Assembly: GCA_943788505.1 (NCBI GenBank)
Contig: CALSQR010000002.1
Span: 569,213-633,212 of the forward strand
DNA from: an uncultured bacterium
GTDB taxonomy: Bacteria > Bacteroidota > Rhodothermia > Rhodothermales > UBA10348
DNA length: 64,000 nucleotides
Direction of reading: 5' to 3'
Within the stretch, counting starts at the first letter, position 1; each line of letters starts with the position of its first letter. The position numbers were made by a program, and so were the translations under genes. Of the stretch, positions 31,208-41,376 are shown one piece after another. Below the pieces are notes generated by a model. The model did no database searches. It was not told the origin of the DNA and saw only the letters and a list, made by a program, of their open reading frames with translations.

Positions 31208-31352
31208 GGCCGCGGCCGTAGCGCAAGACCAACCAACGCTTTCATTTCTACCACAAACCGCAGTTCATATTATTTATAATTAACATCGTTAAACACCTTG
31301 CTCCGGACCTCTTGATGTATTTGTCTGGACACCAACCACTACGGAGTCGCCT

Positions 31353-32648
31353 ATGGAACTCATGATCATTCCCGCCATCCTGATTTTGGGAACGCTAGCC
31401 ATTCTCGGAATCATCAGAGCCAATTTAAAGATCTGTCAACCGAATGAAGTACTGATTTTTTCCGGTAGAAAACGCCGACTAGGGGATGGATCAGCCGTCG
31501 GTTATCGTGTCATCCAGGGCGGACGCGGATTTCGCATACCCATCATTGAAAAGGTCGACAGGATCCAATTGAATACGATTCCAATCGATCTTACGGTCTC
31601 TAATGCCTATTCAAAAGGAGGCATTCCACTCGTCGTACGCGCTATTGCCAACGTAAAGATATCCTCCAATGAGACGGAGCTGAACAACGCCGTTGAGCGA
31701 TTGCTTGGTAAGTCCCTAGACGAGGTTCAAACAATTGCCAAAGAAACGCTCGAGGGAAACCTGCGCGGTGTGGTTGCTTCATTGACACCGGAAGAGGTCA
31801 ACGAAGACCGTCTAAAGTTTGCTCGAGAGTTGTTGGACGAAGCGGACAACGACCTTGGGGTGTTAGGTCTGCAGTTGGATACCCTGAAGATTCAGAGTGT
31901 CGAAGACGACCGAGGCTACCTTGATGCTATCGGGCGTCAGAGCACAGCCCATATCATCGCGTCGGCTGAAGTCGTAGAGGCCCAGAAGCGTGAGCAGGCA
32001 AAACTGGCTGAAGCTAAGGCTGACCTAGAGGTCACACGAGCACAGAATGAAGTCCGAATGCTGCGAGCCACATTGGCGGCTAATGCTGAAGCTGAAGAAG
32101 CTAAAATTGGCGTCGCAGCCCAGGTTGCTGAAGCAATAGCCCAGCAGGAATTGGCAGAGCAGGAAATTCTACTTTCTGAAAAGCGCCAGCGGGCTGACGT
32201 CATTGTGGTGGCCGAAGCAGAAAGGCTCGCGAAGGAAGAAGTGGCTAAGGGTAATGCCGCTAGAATCTTCGAAGACGGTCAAGCAGAAGTCAACGTCTTA
32301 GCCAAGAAGTTGGACCTATGGAAGGAAGCAGGTTCTGATGCCGAGCGCCTTTTCCTAATTCAGATGCTACCAGACATCCTCAAAGAAGTAATTAAGACGG
32401 TCGATAACCTTACGATCGACAAACTTACCGTGGTGGATAGCGGGCAAGGCGGCTCAGGAGCGGGCGTGCCAGCCGTCTTCAGTCAGATAGCTGGAGCTAC
32501 CCCAGCCCTTCTGGAAAGTCTCAAGGCATCTACGGGAGTAGATATTGCTGGCTTACTTAGCAGGGCGTCTACAAGCCAAGACGAAGACAACACTAGCGGT
32601 GTGAGAACGATCAAGGGTCAGTCATCCTCAGACGAGGCGTCAGCCTAA
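31353..32648 (+). CDS. Flotillin-like SPFH/band-7 protein (YqiK-like)
   Basis: N-terminal TM helix, an SPFH domain (ICQPNEVLIFSGRK...RIPIIEKVDRIQLNTIPIDL) and a long Ala/Glu-rich coiled coil. Confidence 0.8.
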   Translation: MELMIIPAILILGTLAILGIIRANLKICQPNEVLIFSGRKRRLGDGSAVGYRVIQGGRGFRIPIIEKVDRIQLNTIPIDLTVSNAYSKGGIPLVVRAIANVKISSNETELNNAVERLLGKSLDEVQTIAKETLEGNLRGVVASLTPEEVNEDRLKFARELLDEADNDLGVLGLQLDTLKIQSVEDDRGYLDAIGRQSTAHIIASAEVVEAQKREQAKLAEAKADLEVTRAQNEVRMLRATLAANAEAEEAKIGVAAQVAEAIAQQELAEQEILLSEKRQRADVIVVAEAERLAKEEVAKGNAARIFEDGQAEVNVLAKKLDLWKEAGSDAERLFLIQMLPDILKEVIKTVDNLTIDKLTVVDSGQGGSGAGVPAVFSQIAGATPALLESLKASTGVDIAGLLSRASTSQDEDNTSGVRTIKGQSSSDEASA

Positions 32649-32695
32649 CAGACTAACGAAGACTGATTCATTAAAGAATGGTAGGCTTCAGTGTT

Positions 32696-32733
32696 GTGGC
32701 GGTTTGCTTCTAGCAAACCGCCACAAGATTTTT
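32696..32733. terminator. Rho-independent terminator (12-bp perfect stem)
   Basis: gtggcggtttgc ttcta gcaaaccgccac followed by aagattttt. Confidence 0.7.
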
Positions 32734-32766
32734 AGAGCAAACCTGGCCGAAACGTCACTTGTAGAA

Positions 32767-33393
32767 TCAAGCGGCTGTGATCTGAGGGGCGGCGCCACCA
32801 CGAAGGGCCTCTTCAAAAGCATGTACCCAGTCCGAAGCGACGTGAAGCCGCATACTGTCCAAGTAGACGCCAGCAACAGCCGTTCCTTTAACCAAGCTTC
32901 CTATTCCCATCATACAGCCTAGGACCATCTCCTGCGTGGAGCGCCGACCCAGAGATAGGCTGCCAACATTCGAAAACCAGGTTGGATGAATAGCCATAAG
33001 AAGATGAGCAATGTCAATGGCTGCTTCTCTCCCGCGGCCCGTACGGATTCGATGTAGAGCATCATAACCACCATAGACAAGGACAAGAGCATCCTGATTC
33101 CTTCCCGACCCACAGTATGCGGGACCAAGGCAAACAGCGATACGACGCGCGCCGCACGTAAGAATGATGTCAACGGGCATTTCGCCATCCGGTGTAGCGA
33201 CCCACTCGTCTGCATGCACCTCTATTTCCTGACGCAGAACACCCCGTAGACAGCTCGCCGTTTCTGTAGCCAATCCGGATGCGTGATCCATTGGACGCAT
33301 CGGGGCAGCATGAGGAACGCGGGATAGAGGAGCGCGGTCGGCGGCACGATTGCGGATCCATTCGATAGTTGGGTAGGCAGTAACTCGGGACAT
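32767..33393 (-). CDS. Hypothetical protein
   Basis: 208-aa ORF, the only long frame in this region, with no recognised motif. Confidence 0.3.
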   Translation of the reverse strand: MSRVTAYPTIEWIRNRAADRAPLSRVPHAAPMRPMDHASGLATETASCLRGVLRQEIEVHADEWVATPDGEMPVDIILTCGARRIAVCLGPAYCGSGRNQDALVLVYGGYDALHRIRTGRGREAAIDIAHLLMAIHPTWFSNVGSLSLGRRSTQEMVLGCMMGIGSLVKGTAVAGVYLDSMRLHVASDWVHAFEEALRGGAAPQITAA

Positions 33394-33534
33394 AATCTTT
33401 ACCGTATTCGGGGTGTCGTTTTGGTCTCGAACCCATAATACAGTGAGGGGTGTGACACCTTTTTGTCATACCCCTCAAAATACTTTTTCAAATCGCTTCA
33501 AATGCCGCACTAACTTGATCGAGATGCCAGTACG

Positions 33535-35874
33535 TCAATACAGAGGGCGGCCAAAACGAAGGTATGTGCCGCCTCCCGTGCCATGAGCTACGTCAATTCG
33601 GAAAGGCAGGCCGAACGGATAGGACAGACCAATACCCGCTTCGTGATGTAATCCGCCGAAGGTACCCAGATCTGGGTCAGAGGAAAACGCATGTCCACCA
33701 AAGACATGAATGCCCCAGCCTTTGTCAGCAAACACCCACAGCCCAAGCTTTTCAAAAAGGGACGTTGTAAAGTCGTGGGTCCAGAATACCCCGAGTAGTT
33801 CGTCCGCCAGAAAGCGCCCGTTCGATAAGGTCCTGAATCCGGCAAAATTTGAAAATGGCCCAGCAGATCCTGACAAAGAGAACTGTCGCTGTACTGGAAG
33901 GGAGCCGTGGCTCGTGCCAGCGATCGTGGTGATGCGAAGCCAGTTGGGCCGGCTTCGGTTTCGATAAAAGGTGGTCAACCGGGCCGTTCCTCGCGCTTCC
34001 CATCGACGAAAATCAAAATCGGAATTCAGCCATGCTCCAGGAGAGCGCTCAAACAACACATCAAGGGATATCTTTTTTCGATCACCTAGCCGGGTCTGAA
34101 CTTCCAACGACCGAAGATCTCCATCGTCGATAGCTGGGTTCTCCCGCTGCACATTTCTGAATAGCCAGCCGTTAAAGTCGCTAAGCTTTTCGAGAGAACG
34201 ATGACGCTCGAGATTGATCGATGTGGACAATAGCATGGGCAAACGAGGGTGTACAAGGTCTAGGCTCACCCGTTGCTTCCTCAGATCATAGTAGTCGTAA
34301 ATGTCATCCCACCCGAAGTACGTAGCCATTCCAGGTACAAATCGACCCAGCCCCTCCTCACGCGCAACAACCGAGGTTGCGTCAGATGAAAAAAGTCCCA
34401 GGTATCCGTTGATCGGGCCAACTGCCCATGGAATACTTACTTCTGCTTTGTAGGACGGGCGGGCACGTTCCACAGAATACCCTCCGGAGACGCGCCATTT
34501 CCCACCATCTCCTATGCCCCCGCCGTATCCCAAGCCGGGTTGCCATCCATCGACCCGATTATACCAGAACCAATCCCCTCCTGTAATTCTATTAACCAGC
34601 CTGAGTCGACCCTTGGGACTCAAGTCTTCCTCCGCTTCTTCTGTTACGTCCACAGCCGTATAGTTGGCGAGCAAGCCTTCGGGACGAAATGCCCGCTCCA
34701 AACGCATCGTCGGGTCCATCGTAGCGATCTGTTCCGCTTCTCGTGGAGTGGCTGGGATGTAGGATGGATTACGAAGGAAGAGATCCCCGTTGAATCGGGC
34801 AAGCGGATCCACCACGACCGGCGAACCCTTAATGGCTAGAGAATCTGGAACTGGCGGATTGACCGCATGCAATGACATCCCGGAGACCTGTTCGTATCGA
34901 GCCGTTGGGTATGTGGCACCTGCTCTACCAAACTCCACGGTTCCCTGTACAAACAGACTCCGTGGGAGCCAGAGTGAATCTCCTACCTCGAAAAAGCGCT
35001 GCTCCATATACACCTCATGGAGCTTCACCGGTGGCGTAATGTCGGTGCTTGGCCATGGGCGGGCATTTACCTGAACAACGGCAAATGTAGAATCGAGTAC
35101 CGCCATATAGCCTGAAAACGTCGGGCGCGTGGTGCTCTTGGGTGAGAAATAGATATCGATTACTCGCTGGTCATCAAATTCCCTGCTAGGACCCATGGTG
35201 AAATCATAGAATTCCAGTGCATTTGGGTGAAGAGGCCCCGCGTAGCTTGCCCCGAGCACCTCGATCGTGTCATCGAGCAGGTCAGGTACGGGATGTGGAC
35301 CAGCAAAACGGAACAGTCCACTTCGTGCTGGTTCCGATCGCTCTGCTCGGATCACCTCACGTGACCCTCCTTCGGGCGTCCACCAAGATCCCCGAACACT
35401 TTCGTTCATTTGAACCAAGTCAAAGTCGGAGTACAGTAGGAATCGGGTATACGTATCCGCGTAGGTTGCCCTCAAATGACGCCGCATCCGTTGCTTGGCT
35501 GCGATGGCATTTCGCACGATCCCTTCCGCAGGATTCTCTCCGGAAACAACCACCTCCCCAAGATTTACAGCGACCGCTTCTAGAGCAATTTCTAGCGCTG
35601 CCACATTGTCCCGTGTGACTGAGACTATCTGGCTACGATATCCGATAAATCGAACTTCTAGACGGGCGGGCAATGCTGGAATAGTCATCAGAAACTGCCC
35701 ACTTGTGTTGGCCACCGTTCCCCGAATCGTGCCTTCTAGCTGAATCGTGGCATGGGGCAAGGGTCGTCCATCTCTAGCATCCAGGATGGTGCCACGCACC
35801 ACAACCTGCCCATTAACGGCCAATGGCGTCAAAAGGAGAGCGAATAGGAAAATAAGGTGGATCCGATTCATCAT
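33535..35874 (-). CDS. Outer-membrane protein with CarboxypepD_reg-like N-terminal domain (DUF5686-like)
   Basis: Signal peptide, then VVRGTILDARDGRPLPHATIQLEGTIRGTVANTSGQF, a CarbopepD_reg pattern. A long beta-rich C-terminus follows. Confidence 0.4.
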   Translation of the reverse strand: MMNRIHLIFLFALLLTPLAVNGQVVVRGTILDARDGRPLPHATIQLEGTIRGTVANTSGQFLMTIPALPARLEVRFIGYRSQIVSVTRDNVAALEIALEAVAVNLGEVVVSGENPAEGIVRNAIAAKQRMRRHLRATYADTYTRFLLYSDFDLVQMNESVRGSWWTPEGGSREVIRAERSEPARSGLFRFAGPHPVPDLLDDTIEVLGASYAGPLHPNALEFYDFTMGPSREFDDQRVIDIYFSPKSTTRPTFSGYMAVLDSTFAVVQVNARPWPSTDITPPVKLHEVYMEQRFFEVGDSLWLPRSLFVQGTVEFGRAGATYPTARYEQVSGMSLHAVNPPVPDSLAIKGSPVVVDPLARFNGDLFLRNPSYIPATPREAEQIATMDPTMRLERAFRPEGLLANYTAVDVTEEAEEDLSPKGRLRLVNRITGGDWFWYNRVDGWQPGLGYGGGIGDGGKWRVSGGYSVERARPSYKAEVSIPWAVGPINGYLGLFSSDATSVVAREEGLGRFVPGMATYFGWDDIYDYYDLRKQRVSLDLVHPRLPMLLSTSINLERHRSLEKLSDFNGWLFRNVQRENPAIDDGDLRSLEVQTRLGDRKKISLDVLFERSPGAWLNSDFDFRRWEARGTARLTTFYRNRSRPNWLRITTIAGTSHGSLPVQRQFSLSGSAGPFSNFAGFRTLSNGRFLADELLGVFWTHDFTTSLFEKLGLWVFADKGWGIHVFGGHAFSSDPDLGTFGGLHHEAGIGLSYPFGLPFRIDVAHGTGGGTYLRFGRPLY

Positions 35875-35893
35875 ATGGCTTTATCATACAATC

Positions 35894-36166
35894 ATGTATC
35901 AACTCATAGGAAAACAAGTCAGAGTTCACCTTTACAGCCGTGAAGGGATTGCTGTCGGAACTATTACCGGCAGGGTTGCCGATGTATCTGAGGGCGTAGA
36001 GGTCTCTGCTGGCATGAAAAAGGATCTCGTATTCGTAGTCGACATCGACTCGGGAGATCCCGAAACGCCGTACAAAAATAGTGCAGGGATGGAAGGAGAA
36101 TCATGGTTCGCCATCCAGGACGTCGAGGTTATCGACGATACAAATCCACGCCTATTCTCCAATTAA
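35894..36166 (+). CDS. Hypothetical small protein
   Basis: 90 aa counted from MYQLIGK; no motif was recognised. Confidence 0.2.
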   Translation: MYQLIGKQVRVHLYSREGIAVGTITGRVADVSEGVEVSAGMKKDLVFVVDIDSGDPETPYKNSAGMEGESWFAIQDVEVIDDTNPRLFSN

Positions 36167-36234
36167 TGCTCCTCTACGCAGGGCAAGTCTACGGATAGTT
36201 GCTTTTAATGTAACGGTGTAAGTTACTTTATCGT

Positions 36235-36810
36235 ATGTCTGACACACGCTATTCAACAGCCCTGCATATCCTCGTCTTGCTTTCAGCAGAGCGCGACGAG
36301 CACCATACCTCAACGTCTATTGCCGAGCAGTTGGGCACCAATCCTGTGGTCGTGAGACGTTTGATGGCAGACCTCTCGCGAAGCGGGCTCGTAGAGACGC
36401 GCCGTGGTGCTGGTGGCGGTGTATCACTCAAAATGGATCCCTCTGAGATCTCGCTGGGCGAATTAGCTGATGTGATTGAAGCTGACCTCACGTTTGATGC
36501 GCACAAACTGCCAGATGAGATAGCTGATCCGGCTGATGTCCCGATGAATGGTGCAGATCTGGCTTTGGGCCCGCAGGATGACGGAAAAGATCATCTCCCA
36601 GATGCTATTCTACGGACGATTGAAGCGCAGCGACGCGAATTACACACCGCTGCTATCATTCAAATGGACAGGATGACGTTGAAAGACCTTACACAGGCCG
36701 CGACATTACGTGCTGACCTCGCGACGCTCGTTGCCAGAGGACTTTCTGATGCTGATATTCGCTCCGGCTACCATATCGAGAGCGGACGACTAGTGCCGAA
36801 CGAGCCATGA
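36235..36810 (+). CDS. Rrf2-family transcriptional regulator (extended C-terminus)
   Basis: YSTALHILVLLS...TSTSIAEQLGTNPVVVRRLMADLSRSGLVETRRGAGGG is the Rrf2 wHTH signature. Confidence 0.7.
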   Translation: MSDTRYSTALHILVLLSAERDEHHTSTSIAEQLGTNPVVVRRLMADLSRSGLVETRRGAGGGVSLKMDPSEISLGELADVIEADLTFDAHKLPDEIADPADVPMNGADLALGPQDDGKDHLPDAILRTIEAQRRELHTAAIIQMDRMTLKDLTQAATLRADLATLVARGLSDADIRSGYHIESGRLVPNEP

Positions 36811-36964
36811 GGTTGGGAGACTAGCATCGGATTGTTTGGTGTTGATTTGCTCGGTATTGAATAGATGCAAATGACCAAGGATAGCCGCATTGCGTGAGTA
36901 ACAGTTGGCGGAGTCTGGTTACCCAAAGCCACACGCTACTTGATTACCGTTCACGATTGGTTTT

Positions 36965-39454
36965 TTGAACGGTTTTCCCCATCAGCCCACATCGATTTCC
37001 TGGTTATCTGATCTGTCTCCTCTCTCATCCATAGTTCAAACGCTACCCGAGCACTTGAGCGAAAGGGCGCGGCCACTGTCGAATCGCGAGTCTAATCCGA
37101 AAGGGACATTCGTTTTGTATTGGATGCATCATGCGGTGCGTGCCGATGAAAATCCAGCACTAGATACTGCGGTTGCACTGGGCACGATTATGGATTGCCC
37201 TCTTTTGGTGTATCAAGGGCTTTCTGGCAATCACCCATTCAATTCCGATCGGCATCACACCTTCATTTTAGAAGGCGCTCGTGACGTGCACTTTCAACTG
37301 AAGGAACGAGGCATCAGGCATGCCTTCCACCTCGGTCAAAACCCGTCTATTCCTGGGCCACTGCGCAATCTGATTGACACGGCAAGTGTAGTAGTGACAG
37401 AGGACTATCCAGCACCTCCATTCAAGCGATGGACCCAACGTTTGCATGATGAGTCATCGACCCCCTTTCTGCTCGTAGACGCACACTGCATATTGCCGAT
37501 GCAGCAGGTCGGCAAAGGATATGGCCGAGCCTACCACTTCAGGAATAGGATTGGCGATGAGGTACTTGATCGAGCATCTCGTGCGTGGCCACTCATAGAC
37601 GCTACCCCTGCATCGCCGTCAATTAGTGAAGTAGGGTTTGAGCCTATTGATTGGGAATCGGCCAGGATTTGTGACCTAGTTGCTGCGTGCCAGATTGATC
37701 ATTCCATTGGTCCTGTACCCCACACAGTTGGCGGATCCTTGGCAGGGTACAGCCGATGGGGCGTTTTCCTTGAGCACGGGCTTACTCGATACGCCCGGCA
37801 TCGTAATGATCCGACTGCCGAGCATGGCGTGAGCCGTATGAGTGCCTATCTGCATCACGGACACGTATCGCCTTTTCGACTTGCGCGAGAAGCAGCCATT
37901 AAGGGGTCAGAAGGCGCAACAAAATTTCTGGACGAGTTGCTGATCTGGCGCGAGCTTGCTTTCAATCTTTGCTTTTACAACGACGGCCTTTCAACCCTTG
38001 AGATCTTACCCGATTGGGCCCGAAAGACCTTCGCTGCGCACGAAACGGATGAACGAGAGTCGACCTATTCGTGGGAAGAACTTGCTCGGGCTAAAACTGC
38101 TGATCCATTGTGGAATGCAGCCCAAACCTCGCTGGTTATCCATGGCGAGCTGCACAATAATGTCCGGATGACATGGGGAAAGGCTGTACTGGGATGGACT
38201 CGGAACGCAGAAGAAGCCTTAGAAATGCTCTTAGACCTAAATCACCGATATGCGCTTGATGGATCAGATCCGAACTCATGGGCAGGAATTCTGTGGTGCC
38301 TCGGCCTTCTCGATCGACCATTTTTCCCAGAGCGGCCCATTCTAGGCTCCGTTCGACCGCGATCATCGAAACGACATGCCGAGCGGATGGATATGTCCGC
38401 TTATGAGCGCAAAGTCTCTCGGCCGGCCCGGCCTGATAGCCCGACCGTAGCTGTCATTGGCGCCGGGCCGGCCGGTCTCATGGCCGCCCGGACCCTGCGA
38501 GACCATGGCCTTGAAACGACGGTATTCGACAAAGGACGGGGTCCGGGCGGCCGCACCTCCACCCGCAGAGATGCTGACCGTTCATTCGATCATGGTGCAC
38601 CCTTTTTCACCCTTACTGATCCCCGTCTCTCCCGGCTGAAAGAATCCTGGAAAGATCAAGGCTTGATCGCTCCTTGGCCAGCGCCAAGCCAAGAACCCCA
38701 AACTTGGACGGCAATCCCCACGATGAGCGCGCTGGCTAAGCATCTCGCCAGTGATTGCAGGCTACTCACCAATACACGCGTAACATCTCTGAACAGGAAA
38801 GATGATGAGTGGTGGATCTCGGCTGAGCAGTTATCCGACGAGCAGACGTACGGACCTTTCGATGCCGTCATTGTAGCGATTCCACCCGAACAAGCAGCTG
38901 ACCTCGTCTCTGCATCGGCCCACCTCCATGACACAGCAACATCCGTGCATTCAGAAGCGGTTTGGTGCGCTGCCATTACGCTTGGTGAGGGCCTTTCGGT
39001 ATCAGAAAACGTAATGAACTCTGCGTCTGGCCCCCTGTCATTGGCCATTAAGAACTCAGCAAAACCCGGCCGCGACGCAGGTGAAACGTGGGTTCTTCAT
39101 GCGAGGGCCGATTGGACTGCGGCGAATATGGAAGCTGAGCGCGAGGACGTCATCGCAAACCTCTGTCGAGAATTTTTCGACATGGTGGGTTGTGCTCCAC
39201 AAGAAATTACCCATTCCATGGCTCATCGGTGGAAGTATGCCCAGGCATCTAACCCCTTGAAAATCGAAAGTGATTGGGATGAGGAGCTCCGCCTGGGGCT
39301 TTGCGGCGAATGGCTACATGGCGGCAGTATCGAAGGCGCCTTGCTTTCTGGCATGGCGGCTGCCGGACGAATAGTGGGTATGCCGCCCATTCGGATGATA
39401 TCTGTCGGCACCGGTTTACAACAGAATCTCTTCTCGCTGGAGGGATCTAAATGA
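36965..39454 (+). CDS. Fusion protein: class II CPD photolyase (N, ~1-500) + renalase-like NAD(P)/FAD-dependent oxidoreductase (C, ~505-829)
   Basis: N-terminal class II photolyase motifs VLYWMHHAVRADENPAL, SRMSAYLHHGHVSPFRLAR, LIWRELAFNLCFYND, DPLWNAAQ, NNVRMTWGK and DPNSWAGILWCLGLLDRPF. There is no stop or start codon before the C-terminal part, which has a Rossmann motif VAVIGAGPAGLMAARTL plus FDKGRGPGGRTSTRR and FDHGAPFFT (renalase-like). Confidence 0.75.
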   Translation: MNGFPHQPTSISWLSDLSPLSSIVQTLPEHLSERARPLSNRESNPKGTFVLYWMHHAVRADENPALDTAVALGTIMDCPLLVYQGLSGNHPFNSDRHHTFILEGARDVHFQLKERGIRHAFHLGQNPSIPGPLRNLIDTASVVVTEDYPAPPFKRWTQRLHDESSTPFLLVDAHCILPMQQVGKGYGRAYHFRNRIGDEVLDRASRAWPLIDATPASPSISEVGFEPIDWESARICDLVAACQIDHSIGPVPHTVGGSLAGYSRWGVFLEHGLTRYARHRNDPTAEHGVSRMSAYLHHGHVSPFRLAREAAIKGSEGATKFLDELLIWRELAFNLCFYNDGLSTLEILPDWARKTFAAHETDERESTYSWEELARAKTADPLWNAAQTSLVIHGELHNNVRMTWGKAVLGWTRNAEEALEMLLDLNHRYALDGSDPNSWAGILWCLGLLDRPFFPERPILGSVRPRSSKRHAERMDMSAYERKVSRPARPDSPTVAVIGAGPAGLMAARTLRDHGLETTVFDKGRGPGGRTSTRRDADRSFDHGAPFFTLTDPRLSRLKESWKDQGLIAPWPAPSQEPQTWTAIPTMSALAKHLASDCRLLTNTRVTSLNRKDDEWWISAEQLSDEQTYGPFDAVIVAIPPEQAADLVSASAHLHDTATSVHSEAVWCAAITLGEGLSVSENVMNSASGPLSLAIKNSAKPGRDAGETWVLHARADWTAANMEAEREDVIANLCREFFDMVGCAPQEITHSMAHRWKYAQASNPLKIESDWDEELRLGLCGEWLHGGSIEGALLSGMAAAGRIVGMPPIRMISVGTGLQQNLFSLEGSK

Positions 39455-40110
39455 GCGCAAACGAACCCAGCAGCTTGATCATTGGAATTGACCTCTCAGG
39501 CCCATCAAATCCCGCTGACACTGTTGTAAGCCTATTCAGCGAATACACTGATCGGCTCGAATATATCGGGCATTATGAGCATTGCTCTGACGCTGACATC
39601 GTCCGACTCCTAGAAAAAGCCTCGTCCCACCTTCATGTGACCATCGGATTAGATGCACCGTTGTCCTATCAGGACGGAGGCGGAGATCGGATGAGCGATC
39701 GGTCGCTCAGAAAAGTACTCATGGGTGCTGGGATGCCCTCTGGAACGGTCATGACGCCAACCATGACGCGCATGGCGTATCTGACGTTGCGGGGAATCAC
39801 GATAGCGCGTCTTCTACGATCATTACATGCTGATGCTAACATCGTTGAAGTCCATCCGCATGGCAGTATGGCCTTAGCAGGTGCGCCCATCGAATTGGTC
39901 CGTACTATGAAAGCGGAGGCAGCAAGCCGTCAGGGACTTGCTCATTGGCTTGGCTCACAAGGCCTTGCTAGACTACCTGAAGGGCCACATTCAGATCACG
40001 TGATTGCCTCAATTGGCTGTGCTTTTGCAGCCTGGCTCTGGCAAACCGGCCGAAGTACTTGGAAAGCTGCAGCTATCCCGCCTCATCACCCGTTTGACTT
40101 CGCCTGCTGA
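39451..40110 (+). CDS. DUF429-like protein (predicted RNase-H-fold)
   Basis: IGIDLSGPSN N-terminus. The start overlaps the upstream stop in an ATGA arrangement. Confidence 0.45.
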   Translation: MSANEPSSLIIGIDLSGPSNPADTVVSLFSEYTDRLEYIGHYEHCSDADIVRLLEKASSHLHVTIGLDAPLSYQDGGGDRMSDRSLRKVLMGAGMPSGTVMTPTMTRMAYLTLRGITIARLLRSLHADANIVEVHPHGSMALAGAPIELVRTMKAEAASRQGLAHWLGSQGLARLPEGPHSDHVIASIGCAFAAWLWQTGRSTWKAAAIPPHHPFDFAC

Positions 40111-40137
40111 ACGACTTCTCTATCCCGTTTAAAACGT

Positions 40138-41376
40138 ATGACCCCACACGTTCTCATTATTGGTGCCGGCCTTTCCGGACTAAACTGCGCTCTTGAGCTG
40201 CAGAAAAAGGATATACCGTTCACTATTCTGGACTCCTCTGATGCGGTCGGTGGCCGTATCAGGACGGATAACATCGATGGCTTCCGCCTTGATCGGGGAT
40301 TTCAGATTTTTCTTACCGCCTACCCCGAAGCCCGCGCAGTACTGGATTATGATGAGCTGAATCTGCATTCATTTAGACCCGGGGCTATGGTTCGGCTAAA
40401 CGGGAAATTCCGCCTTTTATCGGACCCCCTGCGTCGTCCCCAAGATGTCTTTTCAACCCTGTTTTCCGGAGTGGGCACACTGCGAGATAAATTGAAGGTC
40501 GCAATGATGAGGAGGACTCAAGATGGTAGCATGTCTACCGGTCCAGAAACCTCCATCATGGAAAAGCTGCAGACGACTTGGGGCTTTTCGGCTGGTATGA
40601 TCGATAGTTTTTTCAAGCCCTTCCTTGGGGGCATCACGCTCGATGAAAACCTGGGTACGTCTAGCCGTTTCTTCGATTTTGTGATGGGAATGTTTACTAA
40701 AGGGAAGGCTTCCTTTCCAGCAGGGGGCATGCAAGCCATTCCAGAGCAAATGGCAGCCAAACTGCCAGCCGAATCCATCATTCTAAAGGCTCGCGTGACA
40801 GCCATCAACGGATCCCACGAGGTCATTTTAGAAGATGGCCGGCGATTCGAAGGAAGCCACGTCGTACTTGCCACAGGCATGACCGATGCTCTGGCACTGG
40901 ACCCTGGAGCTACTGAGCGCACATGGAACGGTACCACGTGTCACTACTTCGCAGCCGACGCAGCGCCGTTCAATGAACCGGTCCTCCTATTAAATGGTGA
41001 GCCCGGCCGAAGTAGCGGATCAATCAATTCCATCGTCGTCCCGTCGAATGTGGCGCCTGGGTATGCGCCAAAGGGACAGCATCTCATCTGCCTTAGTAGT
41101 ATTGGCGTTGACGAGTCAGATGCTTCGAAACATCGTGAGCGGGTCCTAACGGAGGCTGCCTCCTGGTTTGGAGACGAGGTAAGTACCTGGCGGCATCTCC
41201 AGACCTACCGAATTACCCATGCTCTTCCGCGCATGGATACGCTTCCCGATTCTCCTCCTATCAGAGTGCTTGACTCGGGAATAATCCAATGTGGCGACCA
41301 TCTTTCCACCTCTTCCATTAATGGTGCATTGGCCTCTGGACGCCATGCAGCGGACCATCTACAACAGACTCTTTGA
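40138..41376 (+). CDS. NAD(P)/FAD-dependent oxidoreductase (amine-oxidase/desaturase-like)
   Basis: Rossmann motif VLIIGAGLSGLNCALEL followed by LDSSDAVGGRIRT. Confidence 0.7.
   Translation: MTPHVLIIGAGLSGLNCALELQKKDIPFTILDSSDAVGGRIRTDNIDGFRLDRGFQIFLTAYPEARAVLDYDELNLHSFRPGAMVRLNGKFRLLSDPLRRPQDVFSTLFSGVGTLRDKLKVAMMRRTQDGSMSTGPETSIMEKLQTTWGFSAGMIDSFFKPFLGGITLDENLGTSSRFFDFVMGMFTKGKASFPAGGMQAIPEQMAAKLPAESIILKARVTAINGSHEVILEDGRRFEGSHVVLATGMTDALALDPGATERTWNGTTCHYFAADAAPFNEPVLLLNGEPGRSSGSINSIVVPSNVAPGYAPKGQHLICLSSIGVDESDASKHRERVLTEAASWFGDEVSTWRHLQTYRITHALPRMDTLPDSPPIRVLDSGIIQCGDHLSTSSINGALASGRHAADHLQQTL

Noticed and set aside
33433-33470. Hairpin tgaggggtgtgaca...tgtcatacccctca, and recurrence of the 12-mer acccctcaaaat at 63982-63993
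   Set aside because: The hairpin is probably just a terminator for the 33535-35874 gene. A 12-mer recurring in 64 kb is mildly improbable by chance, but only half of the element is present at the window edge, so it could not be evaluated as a repeat family.
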